From NCBI GenBank assembly GCA_028534125.1, contig CM052816.1:64482001-64546000 (forward strand): a stretch of 64,000 bases of DNA, in the 5' to 3' direction. Source of the stretch: Lama glama. Its lineage: Eukaryota. The position numbers were made by a program, and so were the translations under genes. Below, in pieces: positions 38,073 through 51,160 of the stretch. Below the pieces are notes generated by a model. It was not told the DNA's origin. It saw nothing but the letters and a program-made list of their open reading frames with translations, and ran no database searches. The first letter of the stretch is position 1. Every line of letters begins with the position of its first letter.

Positions 38073-38662
38073 TCCTAATAGTCTCTTTTGATGAACATTA
38101 GTTTTTAATTTTGATTTGCTTCAATGTACCAATGTTTCTTCTTTAAGGATAGTGCTTTCTGTCTCCTGTCTACCCCAAAGTTATGAAGATATTCTGTTTT
38201 CTTCTTGAAGCATTATAGTTTTAGTTTTTGTGTTTAATCTATGATCCATCTTTAATGAACATTTGTATATAATGTGAGGTAGGGATGAAGGTTAATCTTT
38301 TTCCATATGGATATTAAGTTATTCTAGCATCATTGTTATACTTTCCATTCCTAATTGTGTTCCTTTGGTGCTATTGTCAAAAACCAATTGGCTGTATAAT
38401 GTCTATTTCTAAATTCTCTATTCTTTTTCATTTATTTGTTTATATGCCAGTACCACACTATCTTAATTACTATAGTTCTAGAGTAAGTCCTAAAGCCAGG
38501 CAGTGTTAAGTCCTCTAATAGTTGTCTCCTTTTCCATGATTGCTTTCAGCTGTGCTAGGTCCTTTGCATTTTCATATATATTTTAGAATCAGCATGTTGA
38601 TTTCTACCAAAACAAGTCTAATGGGATTTTAACGGGATTTTTATTTGATTGAGTCTATAGAT

Positions 38663-38848
38663 CAGTGGTTCATAAAGTATGGGCTCTGGCCCAGTAGCAT
38701 CTGCATCACCAGGGAACCTGTTATAAATGCAAATATTCAGACCTCACCCAGACCTCATGAATCAAAAACTCCAGGGATAAGGTCCTGCAATGTGTATTTT
38801 AACAAGCTTTCCCAGTAACTGATGCATGATAAAGTGTAAGAATTACTG
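38663..38848. mobile_element. MER5A hAT-Charlie MITE
   Basis: cagtggttcataaagt...aaatgcaaatattcagacctcacccagacc...aagaattactg; TSD ctatagat/ctgtggat. Confidence 0.9.
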
Positions 38849-39328
38849 CTGTGGATCAGTATGGGAGAACTAACGTCTTAGCAATACTGAATATTCCAAT
38901 CTATAAACAGGTATTTCTCCCCATTAATTTAGCTCTTCTTCAATTTATCTCACCAATATTTTATAGTTTTAGGTCTACATGTCTTGCATATATTTTGCTT
39001 AATTTACGTCAGCGTATTTTATGCTTTCTGATGCTATTGTAAATGGTATTCTAATTGCTACCGGCTGGCGTTTAGCCACAGTCTACAGGTGATATGGGTA
39101 GAAGTCTATTTGTGGGTGGGAGTTTACTAAGAGGTCTGAAAAAAAGTAGAGAACTCAAATTATTGGTAGCATCTTGAGAACAAACTAGTTTCAACAGATA
39201 TGCAAGAGTGGGATGTTGTTTCCAATGAACTGACTTCAACATTAAGCATGAGTGACTGCAAAGATCACAAAAAGAGGGACAACCAGACACAATCCTCTCC
39301 TGTAGTCTTGGCAAACATTTTTCATATT

Positions 39329-39585
39329 CTTTTTTTTAAACATTTTTTATTGATTTATAATCACTTTACAATGTTGTGTCAAATTCCAGTGCAGAGCACA
39401 ATTTTTCAGTTATACATGAACATATGTATATATATTCATTGTCACATTTTTTTCTCTGTGAGCTACCATAAGATCTCGTGTATATTTCCCTGTGCAATAC
39501 AGTATAATCTTGTTTATCTATTCTACAATTTTGAAATCCTGTCTATCCTTTCCCACCCTCCGCCCCCTTGGCAACCACAAGTTTG
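39329..39585 (-). mobile_element. Young camelid L1 3' end (about 255 bp), inserted in an L1ME3-like 3' fragment (about 39190-40080, plus strand)
   Basis: Poly-T then aacattttttattgatttataatca...gcaaccacaagtttg; near-identical to the copy at 57729-57927. Confidence 0.9.
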
Positions 39586-41193
39586 ACACACAGATCAAAC
39601 ATGAGTATCTAGCTTCTGGATCCAGCTGCCAATTTGGAAGAAAGACAGAGGAACAGGGAAACATGTTGAATTATACAAAAAGCATAAGATCAGCAAAATC
39701 TAGACTGTGGCGAACTCTTTAAGTCAATTGGGCCGGGTTTTTCAACAGGTAAATTTGTAAGGAAATAAAAGGGTTGGAGGAAGAACACAAACTGAAAGTG
39801 ATTTAAAACTAATATAAAGTTTTTACAAAATGGACAAGTCTAAAATCTAATGTACATATGGATGATAAAAATTGTTTAAACATGTGAATAAATGATTACT
39901 ATAAAAGTCAGGTCCAGGCTTGCTTTTGTGAGGAGAAAGGAGATTGTATTGAGATGGGACAAATGATTCTGGAGTAGCTAGAAAGTTCTATTTCTTGATC
40001 TGGGTGTAATTTGTCTTATAATAACCCATTAAGCAATATATTTAATTCATGTGGTTTTCTGTATACATGTCTTATTTTTTTTCCTCCCTTAATATGGTAT
40101 GTCTAGAATCTGCGACTGAAGAGTTTTACAAGTTTTAGAGGTAGAGTGGTGTTTGGTGATGGTAAGAACTAAGGTGTGGCTATGGACGTGGTTGCTCCTT
40201 TGAGGTAGGGACACTGGTGTGGATGAAATCAAAGAACTAAACGGCTGAAATTTGGGAAGACAATGACAGGAAAACAATGTAATTTTGGTTCTAATCTCTG
40301 CCATCAGTGTGGGAGAGCAATCTGGAGGTTAGGAACGATAAAAATGATGGACAGGTAGAGAGAAATACACTTGGATTGCAAAGGCACTATACTATTCTGG
40401 GCCCACAAAATGTAAAAATATTTTGGAAATGACTGTAAACCATGGGGGACGCTTCTGATTCTTGGATCATATTGAATTTTCCCCTCTTTTATTCAAAAGT
40501 TCACTGATATTAGAAAAAAGGGTCTGAGAAGAGTAGGACAAGGGCAAGGTGAAAACAATATGCAAAGCTAGAAATGGGCTTAAAGATGCGCTTACTCAGA
40601 CTTTGGCCAGACAAACATTGTAGGTTAGTTTGAGAGCAACGGAACAAGTTAAAACCGGTATGCCAATTTTATGGGTCATCCTAAATTCTGCCCTGGAGCA
40701 TCTCACTTCTCAAAAGGCATGTCCTGAAAATCAGAGCCCATACATGATGCCATCAAGGTTTGTAGTAGTGAGGAAATAGGGGAGGGAAACGAGGAATCCT
40801 CAATAGTAGAAGAAAAGGCATAGGCACTATGTAATAAATGTGAAAACTTTCCTTTTGTGAAATCTATTTATTTTCTATAAAATAATTTTATAACACTTTA
40901 TGCCATTATTTTAAAATAAAAAGCTATGAAATACCTGTTTTAAAAACACAAATACCACAGCATTGCTATGCTTTTTATTCTGCATACCATCAAAACTATG
41001 TTTCTAAAGTTTTAAGTGAAACTCAATTCAACTATTAATTACTGAATGTTACATGTTACATGCAAATTGTATATTTTAAAGTTTCTTCAGATACGTGATG
41101 GCATTAAGTTTATGTAAAATTATAAAATTTAAAGTTTTATATAAAATTAAGGGCAAAATATGCAGAGCATAATTTGGATAGGACTAAGAGATT

Positions 41194-41513
41194 CAGTGTT
41201 TCTCAAACCTTTCCACCAAAGCATCCATATCAGAACAAAGAACTCCCAGGGACCAGGGGAAATGTATTGTTGCAGGCTGCTGTAAGTCCAAACGTTCTTA
41301 AAAGTATTTTTATTTTGTTTTAAATTTTTATTATTTCATTTAAAATTTTATATGAATTTTATGTTATACTCCATAATTTGTGCATTTATATTATAAAAAT
41401 GTTTGAAATTATTTTCTGTGGAGTAAAATTAACACTTTGAGAAGATGGCATTACATTTATTTTGAGGTTTCACATAACTCCTGAGAGTACAAACTCCCAA
41501 CTGAGAAACACAG
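41194..41513. mobile_element. hAT-Charlie-type MITE about 45 bp into intron 3
   Basis: TIRs cagtgtttctcaa ... tgagaaacacag. Confidence 0.6.
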
Positions 41514-41556
41514 CATTATGAACACATATGTGAATATTTTTCTTGTGTATTCTTAC

Positions 41557-41597
41557 CTTACTGGTAGGTGGAGTCTTTCTTGTTTTTCTAATCCAAG
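41557..41597 (-). CDS. NDUFAF2: NDUFAF2 exon 3 (41 nt, phase 1-0): (A)WIRKTRKTPPTSK
   Basis: Minus strand: acceptor tttttctttctag|CTTGGATTAGAAAAACAAGAAAGACTCCACCTACCAGTAAG|gtaaga. Joins exon 2 to exon 4 in frame. Confidence 0.96.
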
Positions 41598-41651
41598 CTA
41601 GAAAGAAAAATAATATTTAAGTGTAAGTTTTCTATAATTTTCACAAACATT

Positions 41652-41830
41652 TTATTCATTCATACATGAAACAAATATGTACCGATCACTGTTACATATT
41701 GTTTTAGGCACTGGAGATACAACAGGGAACTGAACATGAATTCCCTCCTCTCCTGTAGCATACAGACTAGTGAAGGGGGCCCGGAAAAGAAACTCACAAA
41801 CATATGTCAGGTGGTGATTTGTGTCACTAA
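41652..41830 (-). mobile_element. L2 3' end
   Basis: ttattcattcat...ttttaggcactggagatacaaca. Confidence 0.75.
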
Positions 41831-42269
41831 AAATACCTAAGTGTGGGGAGGATATAAAGGGGATGGTTTCATGACTAAAATCATACCTCATAATTGTCTG
41901 AATTCAATGTAGATATATATGGCATATAGGCCGAACTGTAGTACAATAAACTTCCAGGCAATATTAAAATTGTATTATCCTGGAAACGTGAATCAATTAT
42001 TGGTCAATACGAAAAGGAATGGATGTAGAAAATTTTCATTGACAGAGATTTCTTTCCTGATCTGCTCTAGCAAGCAGCACATCTCCTATGGCTTGTATCA
42101 TCAGACCTTAGCTCCAACATCTGTGAGATGAGCTGCAAAGGAGAAAGAACATATATTTGTTAAGTGCCCACTGGGCACTCGGCACTGTGCTGGATGCTTT
42201 TATAGCAACAGGGAGGGAGTGGGGCCGCTGCCACTGGGGAAGTGTATCAGAATCACATGAAGACATACA

Positions 42270-43075
42270 GTACGGTGCCTAGGAGAGCAAAGGCAGATTT
42301 TGTGGGTTCAAATCCCAATGTCAGCACTTAGTTGCGTCACCTGGAGCAAGCTACTTAATTTTTTAAGCATGAGATTTCCTATCTTTAAGATATAAATTAT
42401 AATACTAGTATCTACATTTTAGGGTTGTTGTTAAAGTTATATGAAATAATACGTATGAATTCTTAGCTCAGAGTCTGGCAGACAGTAAGTGTGCAAGTCT
42501 AAGTTATTACTATCACTGTTATACAGTAAAACTGTATTTTTGGTAACACACTCAAAAAAGCCTAGATCAATAGTATCTGCTTGGCTTATGAGGATATATA
42601 GGAAACTGTGAGATATAGGAAACTTCCATAAATGTATGTACGGAAGATGGTCTTTAAAAAGTAGAAAACCACTAATTCATCACTTTGTTTGATTCAATCT
42701 TTATAACAAAATTGTTTAAGGTATCTTTATTTTATAGAGAAATTAAATAACTTTCCTAAATTTATACATTAAGTAGTAACAGTGGAATGTGAATCCAGAT
42801 CTAACCCTGTCTCTGACTCTAAAAACAACCCATTCTCCACTAAGCAGTGTCTCAACTTCAGTAAGCAACAAGCAAAGAACACTGAAGTAGGAAGAGGAAT
42901 AGGTCACAGTGTTAACTACATGTCAGGAAAGAAGAATTATTGATCCCATCTTGCCGTTTTGGAAAGTGAGGTTCAGAAAGATTAAGCAACTTGCCTAAAC
43001 TCACATAATTATTAAGTAACAGACTGAGAATCAAACACTAGTTGAACTGGTTCTAAAATATGAGTCTGTCCATTC
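42270..43075. mobile_element. MIR cluster (plus at about 42270-42510; minus at about 42690-42830 and 42940-43075)
   Basis: gggttcaaatccca...agggttgttgttaaag...ctggcagacagtaagtg; gaggttcagaaagattaagcaacttgcctaa. Confidence 0.8.
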
Positions 43076-43836
43076 ACCAGCCACCTTCTCTTTTGACCAG
43101 CTAGCTCCATCAGCCTGCCTTCTGTCATCCAAGTAAGAGTACCAGAGCCTGTCCTCATGACAAGCACAGTAGTGAGCGATTGTAGGAGCAGAAAGAACAA
43201 CATCCAGTTGTGGGCCTGTGATTAGCGATTTCTCCCTGCTCTGTTGTCTCTTGCACTGACCTCATACATGTATTTTTAATATAGTCCCAGTGTTTTGCTT
43301 TCTCTATTCCTATTTCTGAACTTCTATCCCTATTATTATTTTCTGCATTCTCTTCTTATTGGCTTCCATTTTTGTTTGGTCCATTTTTAGCCACAACTTG
43401 CACAGGTTTTATATTCCTTGTTAGGCTGAAAGGCTGTCAAAGGCAGAATGCATCCACAGGAGATTTATTTTTCTACCATCTAAATGCCTCGAAAGAGTAG
43501 GTACTTAAATACAGCTGTTGAATGAATACTTCCACTATAAAATACTTCTACTATGAAAATATTCATTGTAATGGGATTTTGACCTGTATTAGAAAATCCA
43601 GTAGCAAGATTCCTCTGTACAATCAAGGAAACAAGTGGTTTTGGAATTTTTCAACTGCTTCTTTATGGTCAAAATAAAAATGAGTTACCTATATTTATGA
43701 GCATTTTTTCCCCAAGAAAGAGGTTTCTTTTAAAACAATTCAACCATGAGCCATATACCTCTAAAAGGTTTTAAGTAATAAATCTGCAGTTCTAATTTAG
43801 ATCAGAAAGTTAATTCAGAAAAATCAACTGCTAAGA

Positions 43837-44142
43837 CAAGGGCTGGCAAACTATAGTCTGCAAGCAAAATTCAGCCAACAGTTGTTTTTTTTTTTAATGG
43901 TTGGAAAAAACAACAAACAAAGAACAATGTTTCATGACACATGAAAATTAAATAGAATTCAAATTTCAGTGTCCATAGGTAAGGTTTTATTGGAACACAA
44001 TCACATTTATTTATTTACATATGATCTATTATATTTTGTGCTATAACAGCAGAGTTGAGTAGCTGTGACAAAGATCATATGGTTCACAAAGCCTAAAACA
44101 TTTACCATCTGGCCTTTTAAGGAAAAAGTTTGCCAACTCCTG
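43837..44142. mobile_element. MER58B-like hAT MITE
   Basis: TIR caagggctggcaaact...aaagtttgccaactcctg; TSD tgctaaga/tgctaggg. Confidence 0.88.
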
Positions 44143-44234
44143 TGCTAGGGCTACCATTATGTATAATACTTTCAGCAACAACTATATACCTTGATTCAAA
44201 AACACTTTCATATAATCTAAAATAAAAACCATTA

Positions 44235-44270
44235 CTGTAAAATGACTATAACTCAATAAAAATGTTTTAA
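44235..44270 (+). mobile_element. About 36-nt young L1 3'-tip insertion with 11-bp TSD
   Basis: ctgtaaaatgactataactcaataaaaatgttttaa between aaaaaccatta (44224-44234) and aaaacccatta (44271-44281). Confidence 0.8.
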
Positions 44271-45832
44271 AAAACCCATTATTAACTATCATACTTTTTA
44301 CCAGTGACTGTTATGTATTCTAGAGTCTATAAACATATACCATCGGCATTAGATCATGCACAAAAAAGTATAATGGCACAATGTACACTTACTATCACAG
44401 TAAAAAAAAACAATTTGTTTACTGATGAGTCTATAAAATAGCATTTTCAGTTTTTTTGTAAGGTTGGAAAAAGAAAAATACTTCAATAGGATCCAAGTAA
44501 CTTTTTAAAATCCCAAGGTAGATTAATAGGTTCAGAAAACTCTGACATGTGTTTTTTAAAGCTTACTGGTTATGAACAAATTTTTTATAAAATTGATTCA
44601 TAGGTGTAAAAATGTAGTATAACCTGCATAATGTATTTAGTACCACCTAGACTATTCACTCATATGAGACACTATTCTCTAAGGAAAGATATAAGGGCTT
44701 CCTTAAGTTTTGTTTTAAATGGCTCAAGGAAAAAGATTTTTGTTTAGATAGATAAATGCAATTGTTGAAATAAGTTTGTATATTTATAATTCTACAATAA
44801 CCAGATACTTGAAATGTCTTGAGATGATGGTTGATGCCTGTTCACTGTTATGTATCCAATAAAGGTTACAGATGGAAATTTCCAATGTGATCACTCATTT
44901 ATATAATCATACCTAGTTTCCCAGTCATTACATACAACAAAGGAAATGTCCTGCTGAAGGTTGGCAAAGGTTAAGCAGAGGAAGGAACAAAAATAAGCAT
45001 TAATATCAAATCATTATACTTCTTTTTTTTAACCTTGGAACAATTTGGAACCGAACCTCTATTCAATTATAAATTATATAATGATTTTTGCCATTGCTAA
45101 TTATATCTGTATGGTGGATTCTGTATTGGTCTTCATTATAATGTAACCATTGTTTGAACAGAATTTAGTAAGATAACTGGATAGTTTATGCCTTAAGACC
45201 CTAGCACTCTTTCATCAATGTTCATTTGCATTCTCATCAGAATGCATGAGATTTTCATTGAACTTTAATACTCTTATTGGGATGTAACACACTATAATGA
45301 GCATAAAAGTGAGCATGCAAGTTAAAGCTCCCATTAGTCATTAATACAGACTACAAGAAGCAGGCAGGAAAATATTTCATGAAGCATATGTTCTTCAAAT
45401 CTCCACAGGCACTGAAAATGGCTAATATGCTTTTAGAAGCACTGCCAACAGGGGTTAAGGTAAATGAGACATTTATCATCAGATTCAGTAAGTGACCATT
45501 TAAAACGAAAATTATAGATCAGTTATCAATAGTCTGCAATACAGTGAAACCATTTAAGTGAGCAATTCTGTGAGTTCTGACAAATGCATACAACCTTGTG
45601 AGCAGCACCGCAAACAGTATATAGCATATTTCCATCACCCTCAAAAGCTTCCTAATGTCTGACTGCATGAAAGCACCCATCTTAACTCACCCAGAGCCCT
45701 CAATGAGTGAAAAAATTCTGTCACTGTTGATTAGTTTTGCCTTATCTACAATTTCATGTAATTAACAGTAGTATGTACACTTTTGCATAGAGCTTATTTT
45801 ACTCAACATAATGTTCTTAATCCATGTTACTA

Positions 45833-46417
45833 TGTACAGAAAAGAGACTCTGAAGGTAACCACTGCAACCTCCACCTCTTGGTGATCATGTCTTTGATCT
45901 CTTCCTCTTGAGTGAGAACAGGATCTGTGACTTACAATGATCAAAACATGACAAAGGTGACAGGACGTGTGTAATTACATGACTATGTTATGTAAGATGA
46001 TAGCATCCATCTAGCTGGATTCTCTCTCTCTCCCCTGCTGGCTGCAAGGAAAAAGATGGTCCTGTTGGGAATCTCACATGGCAAGAAACTGCTGGTGATT
46101 TCTACAAGGTTACTGTGGTCTCTGGCCTACATCAAGCAAAAAAAATGGAAGTTCACAGTCCTACAACTGTGAGGAAATGAATTCTGCCAACAACCACACA
46201 TTTGGGAAAGTGGATCCTTCTACACTTAAGCCTCCAGATGAGAATGCACCCCTGGCTGACACCTTGACTGCAGCCTTGTGAGTGAGACCCTAAGTAGAGA
46301 ACCCAGCTAGGCTCTGCATGGACTCCTGACTACAGGAATGGGAGACGATAAAAGTGTGTCATTTTAAGTTACTGAATTTGTGGTAATATTAATATGAAGC
46401 AATAGACAATAAATACA
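45833..46417 (+). mobile_element. MaLR solo LTR (MLT1E-like) nested in L1
   Basis: tgaattctgccaacaacc...cctccagatgagaa...ctgacaccttgactgcagccttgtga...tttgtggtaat...aataca. Confidence 0.88.
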
Positions 46418-47071
46418 ATGAGCATAGCAGTAGTTTATTCTTTTCACTGCTGTGTAATGTGCTACTGTATGTAAGAATGACAATGTGTTTATCTACTCAC
46501 CACTTGGGTGGTTTTCAGTTTTTGGCTGTTATTAATAAAGCTGTTGTGAAAAATCTGGGTACTAGTATTTGAGAAGACTTATTTCTTTGTATCTCTGGGT
46601 AAATACTTAGTAGAATCCCCAGGTTATAGGGTAAGTGTATATTTACATTTATAAAGAACTGACAAAACTGTTTTCTGAAGTAGTTGTACCATTTTAAACT
46701 CCAGCCAGAAATTTTTGAAAGTTTCAGATGCCTTATATCCTCATTAACAGTTTATATTGTCAATCTTTTAAATTCTAACCAATCTAGTGGTATTTCATGA
46801 TGCTTTTAATTTGTATTCCTTGATGACTACTGATGTTATATATCTTCTTTGTTGAAATGTCTTTTCAAATCTTTTGCACACTTTTAAAATTCTGATGTTT
46901 GTCTGATTATTTAGTCATGAGAGCTCTTCATATATACTGATGCATTCTGTATCAGATACGTATTGCAAAATTTCTCCCCATCTGCCTTGTCTCTTCATGT
47001 GCTCAAAGGTTTGTTAAAGAATAGAATTTTTAAAATTTTGGTGAAGCCCAATTCATCATTTTTTTTATATC

Positions 47072-47098
47072 TGTGTGTGTGTGTGTGTGTGTGTGTGT
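47072..47098. repeat. (TG)n microsatellite
   Basis: Read directly. Confidence 0.95.
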
Positions 47099-48257
47099 CC
47101 TAATTCTTTGACTATCCCATGATTGAAACAATTTGTCAAGTTTTCTTCTATAAGTTTTAACTTTACATTCAGGTCTGTGATCAATTTCAAGTTAAGTTTT
47201 TAGAGATAAAAAGAGGTCAAGATCAGAGATTATTTTTTCCCATATGAAAATCCAGTTATTCAACACTAGCTGTTGAAAAGAATTTCCTTTTTCCATTGAA
47301 AAAAACTCAATTGACCATATAAGTATAGGAACACTTCTGGACTCTCAATTTGGTTCCCATTAATTTTATATCTATCCTTATAACAGTATTAAGCTATCTT
47401 AATAAATGTAGCTTTTTAAAGTTAAATCTTCTAATCTTACTCTTCTTTTTAAAAAATATTGTAGGTGTTATAGGTCCTTTTCATTTTAATATAAAATTTA
47501 GAATCAATATATCATTTTAAAAAAAACCTGTGAGCATTTTGATTGGGAAAGCACTAAATCTATAGATCAATTTGAGGCAAAATATTATCTTTTAAACACT
47601 GACTCCTGATTCATGGACGTTACAAATCTCTCCGTTTATTTAGGTCTTTAACTTCTCTCAGCAATATTTTGTATTTTTTCAATGTACAGGTCTTAGAGAC
47701 ATATATTTGTAAATTTATACCTAAATGCTTCATGTTTTAATGATATTTGAAATGATATAATTGAAAATTTTACTTAGTAACTGTTTGATATTAGAATGTA
47801 GATAAAAACTGACTTTAGCATATTGACTTTATATTTTGAAAACTTCTAAATTCATTAATTTTTTACAGATTTTTTTTTAGATTGTCTACACGCATAATCA
47901 TGTCATCTGTGAACAGAGTTTTACTTTGTCCTTTCCAAACTGTATTTGTGTTATTTCTTTTCCTTGCTTTAGTATACTAACTTGGATTTTCCAGAATATA
48001 TGAAATAAATATAGTGAGAGAAACTATTCTTGTTTTATTTCAAATTTTAGGGGAAAGTGCTCTTTCATCATTAAAGATGAGGTTATCTAAAAATTTCTTC
48101 CCCTCTTAACGTCCTTTATTAGGTTAAGGAACTTCCCATTCCAAGTTTGTGAAGATTTTTAATCATGAATGTGTGTTGAATTTTGTCAAAACATTTTTTT
48201 GTACCAACTTGAATTAACTTATGGTTTTTCTCCTTTACTTTATTAATATGTTGACTA

Positions 48258-49690
48258 TAAATGCAAATAAAATCCACAATTAGATAGCATCTCATACCTC
48301 CTAGAATGGTTATTATCAAAAAGGCAAAAGATAACTATTGGTGAAGATATGGAGAAAAGGAAACCCTTGTGCACTGTTGGTGGAAATGTAAATTGGTACA
48401 GCCATTATAGAAAAGAGTGTGGATGTTCTTCAAAAGAAGTAAAACAAAAACCAAAACCAAAACCAAAAAAAGAATAAAAAACTTAACATATGATATAGCA
48501 ATTCCTGTTCTGGGTATATATTTGAAGGCAACGAAATCACTATGTCAAAGAAATATCTGTGTTTCCATGTTCATTGCAGTTGTTCACAATAGCCAAGATA
48601 TGGAAACGACTTGTGTGCTATTTCAATTCACCTCCTAGAGTAATGGAAATAAAAGCAAAAATCAGCAAATGGGACATGATTAAACAAAAGCTTTTGCAAA
48701 TCAAAGGAAACCATCAACAAATCTCAGAGACAACCTACGGACTGGGAAAAAATATTTGCAAATGATGAGACCAACAAGGGATTAATTTCCTAAATATATA
48801 AACAGATCACACAGCTTAATATCAAAACAACAAACAAATCAATCAAAAAATGAGCAGAAGACCTAAACAGATATTTCTCTAAAGAAGACAGACAGACGGC
48901 CAACAGGCACATGAAAAGATACTCAACATGGCTAATTATCAGAAAAATGCAAATCAAAACTGCAATGAGGAATCACCTCACACCATTCAGAATGGCCATC
49001 ATTAAAAAGTTTTACAAATAATAAATGTTGGAAAGGGTGTGAAGAAAAAGGAACCCTCCTACACTGATGATAGGAATGTAAACTGGTACAGCCACTATGG
49101 AGAACAGTATGGAGGTTCTTTAAAAAAACTAAAAATAAACTTACCATATTATCTAACAGTCCCACTTCTGGGCATATAATCTAGATAAAACTATAACTTG
49201 AAAAGATATATGCACCCCAATGTTCATAGCAGCACTATTTACAACAGCTAAGACCTGGAAGCAACTTAAATGTCCATCAGTAGATGCCTGGATGAAGAAG
49301 ATGTAGTGTATAAATATACAATGGAATATTACTCAGCCATAAAAATGAATGACATAATGCCATTTGCAGTAACATGGATGGAACCAGAGATTATATTAAG
49401 TGAAGTAGGTCAGAAAAGTAAGTCAGAGAAAGATAAATACTATACAATATTACTTACATGTGGAATCTAAAAAAATGATACAAATGAACTTATTTACAAA
49501 TCAGAAATAGACTTACAGACATACAAAAGAAAGGAGTTTGGGATTAACAGATACACACAATTATATACAAAATAGAGAAATAACAAGGACCCACTGTATA
49601 GCACAGGGAACTATATTCAATATCTTGTAACAACCTATGATGGAAAAGAATCTGAAAAAGAATATATATATGTATATGTATAGTAAACTA
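48258..49690 (+). mobile_element. Two abutting L1 3' fragments (48258-48610 and a younger one at 48625-49690)
   Basis: ORF2 C-terminal peptides ([34 protein letters not shown]); the same ORF2 region appears twice. Confidence 0.9.
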
Positions 49691-51160
49691 AAACGTGAAT
49701 TTAGTAAGGTATGTAAGGTACATGGTTGATGTACAAAAATCAATCATACTTCAATGTGTTACCACTAAATAATTTGAAACTGAAATAAAAACAATTAGTA
49801 ATAGCCCCTAAAATTATGAAACACTTATATATTAAATTAATAAAATATGTGCAAGATCTGTAAGCTAAAAACTATGAAGACTACTGATATAAAAAAATGA
49901 AAGAAAACCTAAGAAATGGAGAGAATAGCCTGCGTTCATAGATTAGAAAACTTAATCTTCTGTAAACTGACTTACAGATTCAATGCATTCCCAATCAAAA
50001 TTCTAGAATTTTTTGTAGTAATTGAATAAGCTGATACTAGAAATCATATGTAACAACAAAGGGCCCAGACTAAGTAAAACAATTTTGAAAAATAAGTTGG
50101 AGGACAAAAATTATCTTACTTTCAGACTTATTACAAAGCCTCAATTATAAAGACAGTGTGGCACTGGGAAAAGGACAGACACAGATTCATGGATAGAATA
50201 GAGAATGCAGAAATAGAGCCACACATACATAGCCAACTTACATTTGACAAAGGTGCAAGGACAGTTCAATGGAAAAAAAGACGGTCGTTTAAAAACACAG
50301 TCCTGGGAGAGTAACCCTAATCATAAAGACAGAGAGTGGCTACCAGGGGCTAAGGTGGAAGGAAGAATGGGGAGTTATTGTTTAATAAGTAAAGAGTTTT
50401 AGTTCTACATACTGAAAAGAATTATGGAGATGGAGAGTAATGATGGCTCCACAACAATGTGAATGTATTTAATACCACTTAACTGTATGCTTAAAAAGGA
50501 TTAAGATGGTAAATTTTATGCTATGTGTATTTTAATACAATAAAAATAGTGTTGGAAAAATTGGATATCCATATAAAAATAAAACTGACTGATATCTACA
50601 CCATATACAAAATTTACTTTAAAATGGATCATAAGCATAAATGTAAAACCCTAAACTCTAAAACTTCCAGAAGAAATCATCAAATAAAATATTTGTGAGC
50701 TTGGGTTAGGCAAAAATTTCTTATATATGACTGAAAAAGCATGATGATGCATAAAAAAATCACAAATTTGACTTCGTTAAAATTAAGAATGTGTGCTCTT
50801 CAAGATGCACTATGAAGAGAATGAAAATGACTGGGAAAAAAATATTTGCAAATCACATAGATGGTAAAGGACTTACATCGAGGATATATAAAGAACTCTA
50901 AAAACTAAAGAAATAGGAAAAAAAGCCAATCAAATAAAAACTATCTGGGCAAAAAGAAGAAGATATTCAGATGGCACAGTGGCTCCACTTAACAATTACT
51001 ATTAAGTGTAAATGACCAAAATGTCTTTTAGATGGTGAATATATAAACAAACTGGTATATCAATATGATAGACTTCTACTCAGCAATAAAAAGGAATAAA
51101 CTACTGATTCGTGCAAGCACACAATGAATCTCAAATGCATTAAGCTAACTGAAAGAAAGC
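49690..51160 (+). mobile_element. Old L1MC-type ORF2/3' fragment with an L1MB-like 3' end inserted at about 50310-50545
   Basis: gattcaatgcattcccaatcaaaattc; atttgacaaaggtgcaagg; aatggggagttattgtttaat...ggtaaattttatgctatgtgtatttt. Confidence 0.8.

Larger units (their letters stand above)
37480..39055 (-). mobile_element. Old L1ME-type ORF2 fragment (host of a SINE and a MER5A)
   Basis: gccagtaccacactatcttaattactatag; ttttagaatcagc; atgctattgtaaatggtatt. Confidence 0.8.
45530..48257 (-). mobile_element. Old L1MB/L1MC-type 3' half
   Basis: tgagttctgacaaatgcatacaacc; aaatctatagatcaatttgagg; aggaacttcccattccaagtttg. Confidence 0.85.

Noticed and set aside
39200..39586. 128-aa ORF
   Set aside because: Runs from an old L1ME fragment into the antisense 3' UTR of a young L1; no coding signature.
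41557..41597. Alternative exon 3 frame LGLEKQERLHLPV
   Set aside because: Open by chance; exon 2 ends in phase 1, and only AWIRKTRKTPPT matches NDUFAF2 and stays in frame with exon 4.
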